Part shown: positions 50,291 to 60,600 of the stretch, in pieces
Position numbering within the stretch: the first letter of the stretch is position 1
How the letters are laid out: every line of letters starts with the position of its first letter
Assembly (NCBI GenBank): GCA_027622375.1
Contig: JAQCAB010000001.1
Coordinates: forward strand, 115,317-179,316
Source: Bacteroidota bacterium
GTDB lineage: Bacteria > Bacteroidota > Ignavibacteria > UBA10030 > UBA8401
Reading direction: 5' to 3'
Length of the DNA: 64,000 bases
Program-made: the position numbers and the translations under genes
The notes under the pieces: generated by a model
Told to the model about the DNA's origin: nothing
What the model saw: the letters and a program-made list of their open reading frames with translations, nothing else
Database searches by the model: none

Positions 50291-51622
50291 ATGCATGATA
50301 TAGTAGAAAATCCAACACTTTCTAAAGCGTTGTACGTAGAAACTTATGGCTGCCAAATGAATATTGCAGACAGCGAAATTATTTCCGGTTTATTGAATCA
50401 AAAAGGATATAAACTTTCTGAAAAACCTGATAATGCTGATGTGATTATTTTAAACACTTGCAGTGTTCGTGATAATGCTGAAAAAAAAATTCATGATCGT
50501 TTAAATCATTTAAAATTTTATAAAAAGAAAAATCCTGCAGTTGTAATCGGGATTGTTGGTTGCATGGCCGAAAGATTACGAAGTGAATTAATTGAAAAAA
50601 ATAATATTGTTGATTTAGTTGTCGGTCCAGATGAATATAGAAAATTACCTGAATTAATTAATGATGCAGAAAATGGAACTACTGGAATTGCAGTTCGTTT
50701 ATCAAGAGTTGAAACTTATGATGACATTACTCCACTTAGAACAAATGGAATTAATGCATGGATTTCGATTATGCGTGGTTGCGATAAATTTTGCACATTC
50801 TGTGTTGTTCCTTTCACTCGTGGACGAGAAAGAAGTAGATCATTTAAAAGTATTGTTGAAGAAGTTCATCAACTTAGCGCAACTGGATTTAAAGAAATTA
50901 CTTTAATTGGTCAAAATGTAAATTCATATTTAGATGGTGAAAATGATTTTGCAGATTTAATGTGTGAGGTAAGTTTAGTTGATCAAAATCTTAGAATTCG
51001 TTTTACAACTTCTCATCCGCAAGATATGTCGGATAAATTAATTGAAACAATTGCGACACATAAAAATATTTGCAACAATATTCATTTACCTGTTCAATCA
51101 GGCTCAAATAGAATTCTGAAATTAATGAATCGAAGTTATTCAATCGAACATTATCAAAATTTAATTGAAAAAATAAAAAAGCAAATTCCTGAAGTTGGTC
51201 TTTCAACTGATCTTATTGTTGGATTCCCGACTGAAACTGATGAAGATCATAAATTAACACTCGATTTTTTAAATAATGTTAAATATGATGGCGCATATAT
51301 GTTTAAATACTCTCCACGCGAAAATACAAAAGCTTGGGAAATGGGAGATTCTGTTCCAGAAGAAATAAAACAAGCAAGATTAAGTGAAATAATCGATCTT
51401 CAAAATAATATCGCTACTGAAATTAATAAAACTCTAATTGGAAAAACTTTTAACGTTTTAACTGAAAAGGAAAGCTCAAAATCATCTTCTGATTGGACAG
51501 GTAGAACAGACACAAATAAAATTGTAGTCTTTAAAAAAGGAAATATTAATCGTGGTGATTATATAAATGTTGTAATTGAAAAGTCAAATTCTGCAACACT
51601 TTTTGGGAAGATTGTAGAATGA
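50291..51622 (+). CDS. miaB: tRNA-i6A37 methylthiotransferase (radical SAM)
   Basis: The MTTase N-terminus YVETYGCQMN and the radical-SAM segment CDKFCTFCVVP are present, with a TRAM C-terminus. The start is taken at ATG 50291 rather than the TTG-extended ORF. Confidence 0.9.
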   Translation: MHDIVENPTLSKALYVETYGCQMNIADSEIISGLLNQKGYKLSEKPDNADVIILNTCSVRDNAEKKIHDRLNHLKFYKKKNPAVVIGIVGCMAERLRSELIEKNNIVDLVVGPDEYRKLPELINDAENGTTGIAVRLSRVETYDDITPLRTNGINAWISIMRGCDKFCTFCVVPFTRGRERSRSFKSIVEEVHQLSATGFKEITLIGQNVNSYLDGENDFADLMCEVSLVDQNLRIRFTTSHPQDMSDKLIETIATHKNICNNIHLPVQSGSNRILKLMNRSYSIEHYQNLIEKIKKQIPEVGLSTDLIVGFPTETDEDHKLTLDFLNNVKYDGAYMFKYSPRENTKAWEMGDSVPEEIKQARLSEIIDLQNNIATEINKTLIGKTFNVLTEKESSKSSSDWTGRTDTNKIVVFKKGNINRGDYINVVIEKSNSATLFGKIVE

Positions 51623-52317
51623 TAAAATTTATTTTTGCTGTTTTCTTTTTAATTCAATCACAATCTCCAAACGATATTATTAAAGAAAAAATTTTATCTG
51701 TTTATAATGGCAACGCCGAAAATATTTTAAAAGAACTTCCAACTCTTGAAACTAAATATCCAAATAATGCGAGTGTAATTTATTTAAAAGCAATATTAAC
51801 AGTTGATGGCGCAAAAGCTGTAAAAATGTACGAGCAAATAGTAAATCAATTTCGCGAAAGCGAATGGGCTGATGACGCGCTTTATAGAATTTATGAATAC
51901 AATTATGCAATTGGACTTTATAAAAGAAGTGATGAAATATTTTCGAAATTAAAAGAACAATTTCCAAATTCTGAATATTTACAAATTCCACAAAAAAAAG
52001 TTGGGCTTGAAAAACAAACATTGGTTTTTGAAGAAAAGGAAGAAAATAATTTACCTTCAGAGATTTCAAAAGAAACTGAAAATAAAATATCTCCATTTGC
52101 AGTTCAAGTTGGCGCTTTTGTAAATGAAGAAAATGCAAAAGTGAAAGCAAACTTTTTTAAATCACTTGGGAAAAAAACATCAATTCAAAAAAAAGAGACT
52201 ACAACAATTTTATTTGTTGTAGTTGTTGAGGGATTTGAAACCGAAAAATCAGCTCGCGAATTTATTATAGAACTAAAACAAAAACATCAAATTGATGCAT
52301 TTTTTGTAAAAAGATAA
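51619..52317 (+). CDS. SPOR-domain protein with TPR-like N-terminal region (secreted)
   Basis: It has a signal peptide. The C-terminal ~75 aa (SPFAVQVGAFVNEENAKVKANFF...ILFVVVVEGFETEKSAREFI) show the SPOR fold pattern. Confidence 0.6.
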   Translation: MIKFIFAVFFLIQSQSPNDIIKEKILSVYNGNAENILKELPTLETKYPNNASVIYLKAILTVDGAKAVKMYEQIVNQFRESEWADDALYRIYEYNYAIGLYKRSDEIFSKLKEQFPNSEYLQIPQKKVGLEKQTLVFEEKEENNLPSEISKETENKISPFAVQVGAFVNEENAKVKANFFKSLGKKTSIQKKETTTILFVVVVEGFETEKSAREFIIELKQKHQIDAFFVKR

Positions 52318-53445
52318 ATGCAAAATTTAGAAGTAAATAATCAGCTCGCTCCGAATTTATTAATTTCAAAATCTTCCGAAATGCAGGAAATTAATAATGT
52401 AATTAAACAAGTTGCAATTACAGATATTGCGGTTTTAATTACAGGCGAAAGTGGAGTTGGGAAAGAATTAGTTGCCCATGCAATTCACTCAAATAGTTCT
52501 CGTTCAAAAAAACCAATTATCACTGTTAATTGCGGTGCAATCCCGGAAGGAATTATTGAGAGCGAACTTTTTGGACACGAAAAAGGATCGTTTACTGGAG
52601 CAATTGAATTACGAAAAGGATATTTCGAGTTAGCAGAAAATGGCACGATTTTCCTTGATGAAATAGGTGAATTACCTTTAAGCACTCAAGTAAAATTTTT
52701 ACGGATTTTGGAAAATGGTGAATTTATGAGAGTTGGTTCATCGCTTCCAAAAAAAGTAAATGTTCGTGTAATAGCTGCAACAAATAAAAATTTGCAAACT
52801 CTTGTTTCAAATAAATTATTTAGAGCTGATTTATTTTATAGACTGCGAACTGTCAATATTCATATTCCACCTTTGCGCGAAAGAGTTGAAGATATAATTG
52901 AACTCGCAAATAAATTTTCTGCTGATTTTTCAATTCGCAATAAAATTACTTTTACAGGTTTTGCTGATGGCGCCTTGGAAATTTTAAAAGAATATTATTG
53001 GCCAGGTAATGTGCGCGAATTAAAAAATGTTATTGAAAGTTTATTAGTAATTAATCATGCAAATTTAATTTCTCAAAGTGATATTGAAAACTTTCTAAAA
53101 AAATATGAATCTCAGAATTCTCTAGAAACAGAACGTGGGCTACAGCTTTATCCAATTAAAAATGAATTGGAAGAAAGAGTTTTAATTTATCGCGCTTTAG
53201 TAGATTTAAAAAATGATATCTATGAAATCAAAAATATTTTAAAAGATAAAAATTTGGTTTCTCAAAACGGTGTTGAAAATCTAACAGCTCTTCCAGCTCA
53301 CAATTGTTCTCTTGATGAAATGGAAAGAAAATTAATAACCGAAACTTTGGAAAACTTTCATGGTAACAGACGTCTTGCTTCAAAAAAATTAAAAATCAGT
53401 GAACGTACACTTTATCGAAAAATTAAAGAATATGGATTATTATGA
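52318..53445 (+). CDS. Sigma-54-dependent transcriptional activator (AAA+ plus Fis-type HTH) lacking an N-terminal sensor or receiver domain
   Basis: The AAA+ domain starts at about residue 15 ([11 protein letters not shown]; GSFTGA GAFTGA-motif variant; [10 protein letters not shown]). The C-terminal HTH is [24 protein letters not shown]. Confidence 0.85.
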   Translation: MQNLEVNNQLAPNLLISKSSEMQEINNVIKQVAITDIAVLITGESGVGKELVAHAIHSNSSRSKKPIITVNCGAIPEGIIESELFGHEKGSFTGAIELRKGYFELAENGTIFLDEIGELPLSTQVKFLRILENGEFMRVGSSLPKKVNVRVIAATNKNLQTLVSNKLFRADLFYRLRTVNIHIPPLRERVEDIIELANKFSADFSIRNKITFTGFADGALEILKEYYWPGNVRELKNVIESLLVINHANLISQSDIENFLKKYESQNSLETERGLQLYPIKNELEERVLIYRALVDLKNDIYEIKNILKDKNLVSQNGVENLTALPAHNCSLDEMERKLITETLENFHGNRRLASKKLKISERTLYRKIKEYGLL

Positions 53446-53930
53446 AAAATAGTTTTTGGTTTTTGATATTCTTAATTTTTATCGGTTGCGTGTATTCATT
53501 TACGGGTTCATCGGTTCCTGTTCATATGAAGACAATTGCAATTCCTCTTTTGCAAGATCAAAGTGGATTTGGCGAACCAAATATAAAAGAGGAAATCACA
53601 AAAAAATTAACCGACCTTTTTATTAACGATAACACACTTTCTATTTCAGACAGAACAACAGCGGATGCTATAATCGAAGGAACAGTTGTTGCAATTAGTG
53701 ACGCGCCATCTGTTATTGAAAAAGGAGAACGTGTTGATACCCGAAGAATTACAATCTCCACAAAAATAACTTTTCAGGATTTACAACTTCGCAAAATTGT
53801 TTGGGAAAAAGATTTTGCAAACTGGGGAGATTATAAAACAGGAGATTTTACAAAAAGGCAGGATGCAATTTCGGAAGCGATCCGCAAAATTACTGAAGAT
53901 GTTTTTATTCAAACAGTTTCGAATTGGTAA
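53442..53930 (+). CDS. LptE-like LPS-assembly lipoprotein
   Basis: It has a lipobox (FIGC), and the mature N-terminus CVYSFTGSS resembles the LptE CGYxLxG motif. It is 162 aa. Confidence 0.4.
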   Translation: MKNSFWFLIFLIFIGCVYSFTGSSVPVHMKTIAIPLLQDQSGFGEPNIKEEITKKLTDLFINDNTLSISDRTTADAIIEGTVVAISDAPSVIEKGERVDTRRITISTKITFQDLQLRKIVWEKDFANWGDYKTGDFTKRQDAISEAIRKITEDVFIQTVSNW

Positions 53931-53966
53931 ATTGAAAAATTTTTAATCACATAACATTTAATCAAA

Positions 53967-55469
53967 ATGATTGACACAATATTAACTCTTTATTTTATTT
54001 CACTTTTAGTGCTTTTTATTTTTGGATCGCACGGTTTTATAATGGTCTTCCATTATTATAAACACAGATTTAATAAAACTATTCAACCCGATTTGCCGAA
54101 CGAATTACCTCATGTTACAATTCAATTGCCAATGTTCAACGAAAAATATGTTGCTCAAAGATTGTTGGATTCGGTTTGTGAAATTGAGTACCCAAAAAAT
54201 AAACTTGAAATCCAAGTTCTTGATGATTCAACTGATGACACAGTTTCAATTGTTGAAAATATTGTAAAAGAAAAACAAAATTTGGGATTTGACATTATTC
54301 ACATTCACAGAACAAATCGAAAAGGATTTAAAGCTGGCGCATTAAAAGAAGGACTTGAAAAAGCAAAAGGTGAATTTGTTGCAATTTTTGATGCTGACTT
54401 TGTTCCCAAAAATTATTTTCTGATGAAAACAATTCCATACTTTTATTCTGATAAAAAAACTGGAATGGTTCAAACAAGATGGGAGCATTTAAATGAAACC
54501 TATTCAATTCTAACTCGTGTTCAAGCTCTTGCACTTGATGGTCATTTTGTAATTGAGCAAAATATACGAAACAAAGCAGGATTTTTTATAAACTTTAACG
54601 GAACCGGTGGCGTGTGGCGTAAAAGTTGTATCATGGATGCCGGCAATTGGCAAGCAGATACTTTGACTGAAGATTTGGATTTAAGTTATCGCGCACAATT
54701 AAAAGGATGGAAATTTAAATTTTTAAGAGATGTTGTTTCGCCTGCAGAATTACCTGCCGAAATTAATGCTTTAAAATCTCAACAATTTAGATGGACAAAA
54801 GGTGCAATTGAAACTGCAATAAAACTTTTACCAAAAGTTTTAAAATCTGATTTACCTTTGAGAAAAAAAATTCATTCGGTTTTCCATTTAACAAATAATT
54901 TTGTTTTCCCATTTATTTTGGTTGCAGCAATTTTAAATACACCACTTATCTTTATAAAACATTATGGTGGCTATGAAAGTTATTTCCAATTTATGTCGAT
55001 TTTTATTTTTGCTTTTATCGGTTCATTTTTATTTTATCTTTATTCCCAAAAAGATATTTACGAAGATTGGCAAAGGAGAATTTCTTTCTTCCCACTATTT
55101 ATGGCTGGTAGCATGGGGTTTGCAGTAAATAATACTCGTGCTGTTTTAGAAGGATTATTCGGAAAAAAATCTGAATTTATAAGAACACCAAAATATAGCA
55201 TAAAAGAAAAAAATGATTCCTGGAAAAATAATAATTACACAATTAAAAAAATCCACTGGACTGTTTGGGTAGAGTTTGCACTTGCAGTTTATTGTTTTGG
55301 CGGTGTTGTTTCAGCAATCTATTATTTAGAATTAGCATCGATTCCTTTTCAATTATTATTTTTTACAGGATTTGCATTCATGTCATATCAAAGTTTGAGA
55401 GTAGCATTTTTTGATAGATTTAATTTAACTCGCACAGCTCTTCTACAACGAGAAGTTGCTTCTGCATAA
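53967..55469 (+). CDS. Processive family-2 glycosyltransferase (cellulose/chitin/hyaluronan-synthase-like), integral membrane
   Basis: It has an N-terminal TM helix, a GT-A domain with DDSTDDT, DXD (FDADF) and the Q(Q/R)xRW motif (QQFRWTKG), then about four C-terminal TM helices. Confidence 0.75.
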   Translation: MIDTILTLYFISLLVLFIFGSHGFIMVFHYYKHRFNKTIQPDLPNELPHVTIQLPMFNEKYVAQRLLDSVCEIEYPKNKLEIQVLDDSTDDTVSIVENIVKEKQNLGFDIIHIHRTNRKGFKAGALKEGLEKAKGEFVAIFDADFVPKNYFLMKTIPYFYSDKKTGMVQTRWEHLNETYSILTRVQALALDGHFVIEQNIRNKAGFFINFNGTGGVWRKSCIMDAGNWQADTLTEDLDLSYRAQLKGWKFKFLRDVVSPAELPAEINALKSQQFRWTKGAIETAIKLLPKVLKSDLPLRKKIHSVFHLTNNFVFPFILVAAILNTPLIFIKHYGGYESYFQFMSIFIFAFIGSFLFYLYSQKDIYEDWQRRISFFPLFMAGSMGFAVNNTRAVLEGLFGKKSEFIRTPKYSIKEKNDSWKNNNYTIKKIHWTVWVEFALAVYCFGGVVSAIYYLELASIPFQLLFFTGFAFMSYQSLRVAFFDRFNLTRTALLQREVASA

Positions 55470-55502
55470 AATTGCTTTAAAAATAAGTTCCTTGTATAAT
55501 AC

Positions 55503-55533
55503 ATGCCGGTAAAAATTTTATCGGCATTTTTAT
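55503..55533 (+). terminator. Candidate rho-independent terminator after the GT2 gene
   Basis: A 6-bp stem (atgccg/cggcat) with an A/T-rich loop is followed by TTTTTA. It sits immediately before the next gene's ATG. Confidence 0.4.
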
Positions 55534-55540
55534 TTAATAA

Positions 55541-56293
55541 ATGACAACAATTGCAACAAAAACTTTTTCGGATAACGAAATTAATTTTTTAACAGAAAAG
55601 TTAAAACAAAATCCTGCTTCCCCTTTATTTGCAAGATTAGCTGACGCATTATTGTCTTTAAATAAAACTGATGAAGCTCTTCTTCTTTGTCAAAATGGAA
55701 TTGAAAAATATCCCGATTATGCTGCGGCTTATGTTGTTTTAGGAAAAATTAATTTAAAGCTTGGCAATTTTATATCTGCAAAAAATAATTTTTTAACTGC
55801 AATCCAAAAATCGCCAACAAACCAAATTGCGGTAAAATTAATTCAAAACATTCCTGAAGAAAAATTAACTGAACCAGAAAAAATTAATTTTCCTCAATTT
55901 GAAGAATTTGAAAAAACTCACGAAGTCAAAATCCCAGAAAATGAATTAATTACAATTGATGAATTTTTAAGTATTAAAAAAATTCAAACTGAAGAAGAAA
56001 ATATTAATCAAATGGATGAGCTTGCGCAACTACTTTCGCAAGCCGAAAAAATTACACCAGTTGAAGTTTCTGAAAACTCAACTTTACCTGATATTGAACT
56101 TTTTGAACCATTTATTGTAACGCCAACATTAGCAGAAATTTACGCAAATCAAGAGGAATTCTCAGATGCAATTGAATTATATAAAACTTTAATTCAAAAA
56201 CGTCCCGATCAAAAAGATGAATTTGTAAAAAGGATTGAAGAATTAAAACTTAAAGCAATTGAAGTTGCAAAACTAAAAAAAGAGGGAAAATAA
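55541..56293 (+). CDS. TPR-repeat protein
   Basis: It has N- and C-terminal TPR-like repeats (AAAYVVLGKINLKLGNF; AEIYANQEEFSDAIELYKTLIQKRPDQ). Confidence 0.5.
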   Translation: MTTIATKTFSDNEINFLTEKLKQNPASPLFARLADALLSLNKTDEALLLCQNGIEKYPDYAAAYVVLGKINLKLGNFISAKNNFLTAIQKSPTNQIAVKLIQNIPEEKLTEPEKINFPQFEEFEKTHEVKIPENELITIDEFLSIKKIQTEEENINQMDELAQLLSQAEKITPVEVSENSTLPDIELFEPFIVTPTLAEIYANQEEFSDAIELYKTLIQKRPDQKDEFVKRIEELKLKAIEVAKLKKEGK

Positions 56294-56548
56294 TTATTTT
56301 TGTTTATTCAAAAGTCGCGATAATTTTGACTTTTGGTTTGCAGCTTTATTTTTATGAATAACACCTTTTTTGCCAAGTTTATCCAAATAACTAATTGCAA
56401 TTTGTAAATTTTTTGATGCTTCTTCTTTAGTTTTTGAGGTTCTAACTTTTTTAATAACTGTTTTTAACTTCGAAGTTTTCGAAAGATTTTTTTCAGTTTT
56501 TTTCGCAGTGGAACGAATTCTTTTTATTGACGATTTATGCTGTGCCAT
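56294..56548 (-). CDS. rpsT: 30S ribosomal protein S20
   Basis: MAQHKSSIKRIRSTAKKTEKN... is 84 aa, basic, and has the bS20 N-terminal signature. Confidence 0.85.
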   Translation of the reverse strand: MAQHKSSIKRIRSTAKKTEKNLSKTSKLKTVIKKVRTSKTKEEASKNLQIAISYLDKLGKKGVIHKNKAANQKSKLSRLLNKQK

Positions 56549-56600
56549 AATAAAATTGTTTTATAATTGTTAAATGAAGTACAAATATATTCATTAATGA

Positions 56601-56897
56601 TTCGACTACCAAGGAGAAACTATTTTTGAAAAACCATCATTCAGAAATTCTATAAAGAAAAAAAGATGTTTAATCCCCGCAGATAGTTTTTACGAATGGA
56701 AACGAGATGAAAAAACTAAACAACCTTTTAGGATTAAATTAAAAAAACGTGAACTTTTTGCTTTTGCAGGAATTTGGGACGAATGGAAAACTGAAGATGG
56801 AAAAGAAAAATTTACATTTTCAATTATTACAACTTCTCCAAATAAATTTATTAGCACAATTCATGATAGAATGCCAGTGATACTCGCCAAAAAATAA
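56601..56897 (+). pseudogene. Truncated remnant of an SOS-response-associated peptidase (SRAP/YedK/HMCES, DUF159) gene
   Basis: The start-codon-less 98-codon ORF reads ...KRCLIPADSFYEWKRDEKTKQPFRIKLKKRELFAFAGIWDEW...FSIITTSPNKFISTIHDRMPVIL. It is collinear with the central part of E. coli YedK (ICFADGWFEWKKEGDKKQPFFIY...IFMAAIG...HDRRPLVL). The N-terminal ~110 aa (including the catalytic Cys2) and the C-terminal ~50 aa are absent. A stop codon and rpsT lie immediately upstream. Confidence 0.6.
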
Positions 56898-56928
56898 TTC
56901 AGTTGAAGTTCACACGCCATTAAAATAA

Positions 56929-56955
56929 AAAACCACTTCAGTTTATGAAGTGGTT
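56929..56955 (-). terminator. Rho-independent terminator downstream of the yceI-like gene
   Basis: An 11-bp perfect stem (aaaccacttca / tgaagtggttt) with a 5-nt loop is followed on the minus strand by TTTTATTTTAAT. It lies 21 bp past the stop at 56976. Confidence 0.55.
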
Positions 56956-56975
56956 TGATAAAATAAATTCCTTAA

Positions 56976-57554
56976 TTAATTTTTACGAAGTTGGATATTG
57001 CAAACAATATCAACATTATCGCTTACAACTACACCACCAGCTTCGGTTAATTTATCCCAAATTACACCAAAATTTTTACGGCTAATTGAAGTTAATGCTT
57101 TAAAGCCTGCTTTTAAATTTCCACGTCCATCTTTTATTGTTCCAAAATAAGTAACATCCATAACTGCAGGTTTTGTAATATCTCTCATTGTAAGATTTCC
57201 ACTCAATTTATATTTTTTATCACTTATTTTTGTAAAAGAAGTTCCTTCAAATTTTATTGTGGGATATTTTTGAGCGCTAAAAAAATCATCACTTTTTAAA
57301 TGATTATCACGCATCTCATTATCAGTATTAATTGAGTTTACCTCAATTGTAAAATTTACTTTACTGCCAGTAAAATCCTCTTTTTCAGATAAAACCTCTC
57401 CTTCAAATTTTTTAAAATTTCCTTCAACTTCACTTATCATCAAATGCACAATGCTAAATTTTATGTTTGAATGTGTTGCGTCAATTGTCCATTTAGATTG
57501 TGATAATGTGAATGAAGTAATAAGTAAAAAAGTAAATATTAATTTTTTAAACAT
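56976..57554 (-). CDS. YceI-like periplasmic polyisoprenoid-binding protein
   Basis: It has a signal peptide and the YceI family start (KWTIDATHSNIKFSIVHLMISEVEGNFKKFEGEV). Confidence 0.8.
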   Translation of the reverse strand: MFKKLIFTFLLITSFTLSQSKWTIDATHSNIKFSIVHLMISEVEGNFKKFEGEVLSEKEDFTGSKVNFTIEVNSINTDNEMRDNHLKSDDFFSAQKYPTIKFEGTSFTKISDKKYKLSGNLTMRDITKPAVMDVTYFGTIKDGRGNLKAGFKALTSISRKNFGVIWDKLTEAGGVVVSDNVDIVCNIQLRKN

Positions 57555-57631
57555 AATTTTATTCTCTTATAATTTATTAATAGATTTTTTGAGAGGGTAA
57601 AAATGAAACAATTTTGCTGTTAAAACAAAAG

Positions 57632-60600
57632 TTATTTTAAGAACAACATTTTTTTAGTTTGCACAAATCGTTTTGATTTATCAATTGCTTCGGCTTCAAT
57701 TCTGTAAAAATACATTCCGCTAGATTGGTTTGCATTCCAACTAATTGTATGATTCCCCGCTGGAAGTACATCATTAACAAGTTCTGTAATTTTTTCGCCA
57801 AGTAAATTATAAATTTCGATTTTAACTTTACTTTCAATTGGGAGTGAGTATTTAATATTTGTTTTTGGATTAAATGGATTTGGATAATTTTGTTCCAAAC
57901 TAAAATTCTTTGGCAATACAGGTTTTGCTGAATAATTTACAGATAGGTTTCCATTTTGATTAATATTTTTTGAAACAGAATAGATTTCGAAAGCGCCATT
58001 TAAATTACCTTCAAAATTATTATTTAGAATTGAGATATAAATATTTCCAAGCTCGGTTGAAGCTTCTGGCGATAAATCTTTATTTCCAAGATTTGCAAAT
58101 GCAGTTGTTGTAAGTCCATATTTAGAGTGTGAATTAAACATTGCAACAATTGATTCACCAAAATATTTTTTAAGATTTGTATTCAGCACAAACGAATCAA
58201 CTTTTACAGCATTTGTATTAAAGTTTAAAGTCAAACTCATCGCATCAAAACTTTTTACTCCACTTGCGAAAATAGGGATTGCAATTGTTCTTCCATCATT
58301 TAAAGATTTTGTTTCACCAGCAAAAATACTTTTTTCTGAAATATTGGCATTATTTTCTTTTGCAATAGTTGAGTTTACGGTTCCCCCTTTTCCATTTATA
58401 AATGCCCAGTTCCAAATTCTAACAAATAATGTTAAATCTTCAAGATCAATTAAGCCATCATTATCAATCGAAATAACCGGGAAAGTTCCCCGATATGGAG
58501 AAATATCGCCAACATTTTTATTTCCAGTTTTCCAAGCGTTACTAAAAATTGCAAGATCTTCCGTTAAAATTCTTCCATCATTTGTATAGTCAGTTAAAAT
58601 ACCAGTTGTAAATTGTTTTGCCTTTGCAACTTTTGTGCTGTCAAGATTTCCGAGAGAATCTCTATACCATAATGTGAAATAATGTTTTGTCATTGCTTTC
58701 AATTTTGGAATCCACATCGAGTCAATATCACTTGTTGGTTTAGTAATTGGGAAAACTCTTGTTGGTGTATTACTATTATATATTGATGTTTCAGTTACAT
58801 ATAATTGATATGATGTTGGAGAACTCATATCTGTTGATTTTGTCCAACTTACTGTAACACTGCCTGCAATATTTTGAGTGTTATTTACAACTGATTTTAT
58901 ACTATCAATCATTGGAGGAGTATTATCAACTGTAAATTTATTTGTTGTAAGTGGTTGACTATTTACTGCTAAACCATATGCAGTCAAACGGAATTTGGTT
59001 GTTTGCGATTCAATAAACTCACCATCACTTTTTGTGCGCCACAAAACTGAATCATTAAAATTTGAATTTGAAACTTTTGTAGCTCTTCCACCAAGTTGTG
59101 CTACTGAGAACCATGAGACACCATCATTTTTACTAAACTCTCCGACAAATGTAATTGTATCATCATTTGCAGCGTTAACCAAAAATGGAATGTAAACAGA
59201 ATCTTTTACAATTTTTTGAGGTGTTGTTACTGAAAGTAGTCTAACCGGTTTCGACGGAGTTGCTCTTTTAAGAATTTCATTTTTATCAAAATTATCTGCT
59301 CTATCTCGAGCTCGCAAAGCAAGAAAATATTTTTTATAATTTTGGAATCCAGTTATTGTTTTTGTGTGCGTAGTTGGAGAATCATCAATTATACTATCTC
59401 TTGGTGAGTTGTAATCTATTAAAGTAGAATCCGTTTGAACATAATAAATATAATATCTGAGTGGCGAATTTTTATCTGTTCCTTTAAGCCATGTAATTGT
59501 AATTGCATTACCTGTAGTTTCAGCAAATGCCGAAGTAATTCCACTAAATGCTGGTGGGTTGTTGTCTAAAGAAAATACACTTGATGCAGTTGGATTACCC
59601 GTTCCACCAATACCTATTAATGTAACTCTTAATTTTACTGAATCATTTTCAATAAACGAAAAATCTTTTTTAGAAAGCCACCCCATTAAAGTTGGAATAC
59701 TTGATATAGCAAATTTTTCTTTTGTAACTAAAATATTTGTTGTTGCAAACCAAGTTGAACCATTATTAAGTGAGTATTCCAAAACTAATGATGCAGTATC
59801 ACCCAAATCTCCATTCGGATAATATAAAATTCTTAAACTGTCTGATGCAAAATTAAATTGGTTTTTAGCTACAACAACAGAATCAACTTGTGGTTTTCTA
59901 GGAACAACTCTAAACTCCCATGCAGTTGACCACAAACTTGTGTCTGTCAAATTTCGCGCACGCATCTTCCAGTAATAAGTTAAATTTGTGGTCAAAGAAT
60001 CGTAATAATGTATTTTTAAACTTGAATCAATATCTGCAACATCACGCACACCTGTTGTAAATCCAGAAGTTTGAGAAATTTGTAAATCATATCTTGTTGC
60101 AACTTTTGCAGTATCTTTCCATTGTAAAGTATCACGAACTTTTACCCAAAGTTTTTTATCAGTCGGGCTTAGATGAATTGGTGCACCAATTAAAGTTCTA
60201 AAATTCCAAACAAAAGACCAAAAACTTATATTATTTCTATTATCACGCGATCTAACTCGCCAGAAATATTTTTTATAATTTTTAAAATTTGTAATTGCTT
60301 TTACTGTATCGCCACCTGTAATATCACCACTAAAAAAAGGAGTTAAAGTAGTATCAATTGTAGTTGCTGTGTGTGGCTGCTCATAAATTTCCATTCTGTA
60401 ATCAATTGCACCTAAAACTTTTCTCCATTTTAAAGTATTCGAAATTGCAATTCTTACTGATGAACTTTCGGGATAAACAAGAACTGGTTGTTCATTTACA
60501 TCTTCAATTAAAACTGTAACTGCTCTTTCAAAAAATTTTGCAGGTGTGCCAGAATCTGTGGTTCGTATTCTGATTGTATATTGATTTTTGGCTTCGTAAT

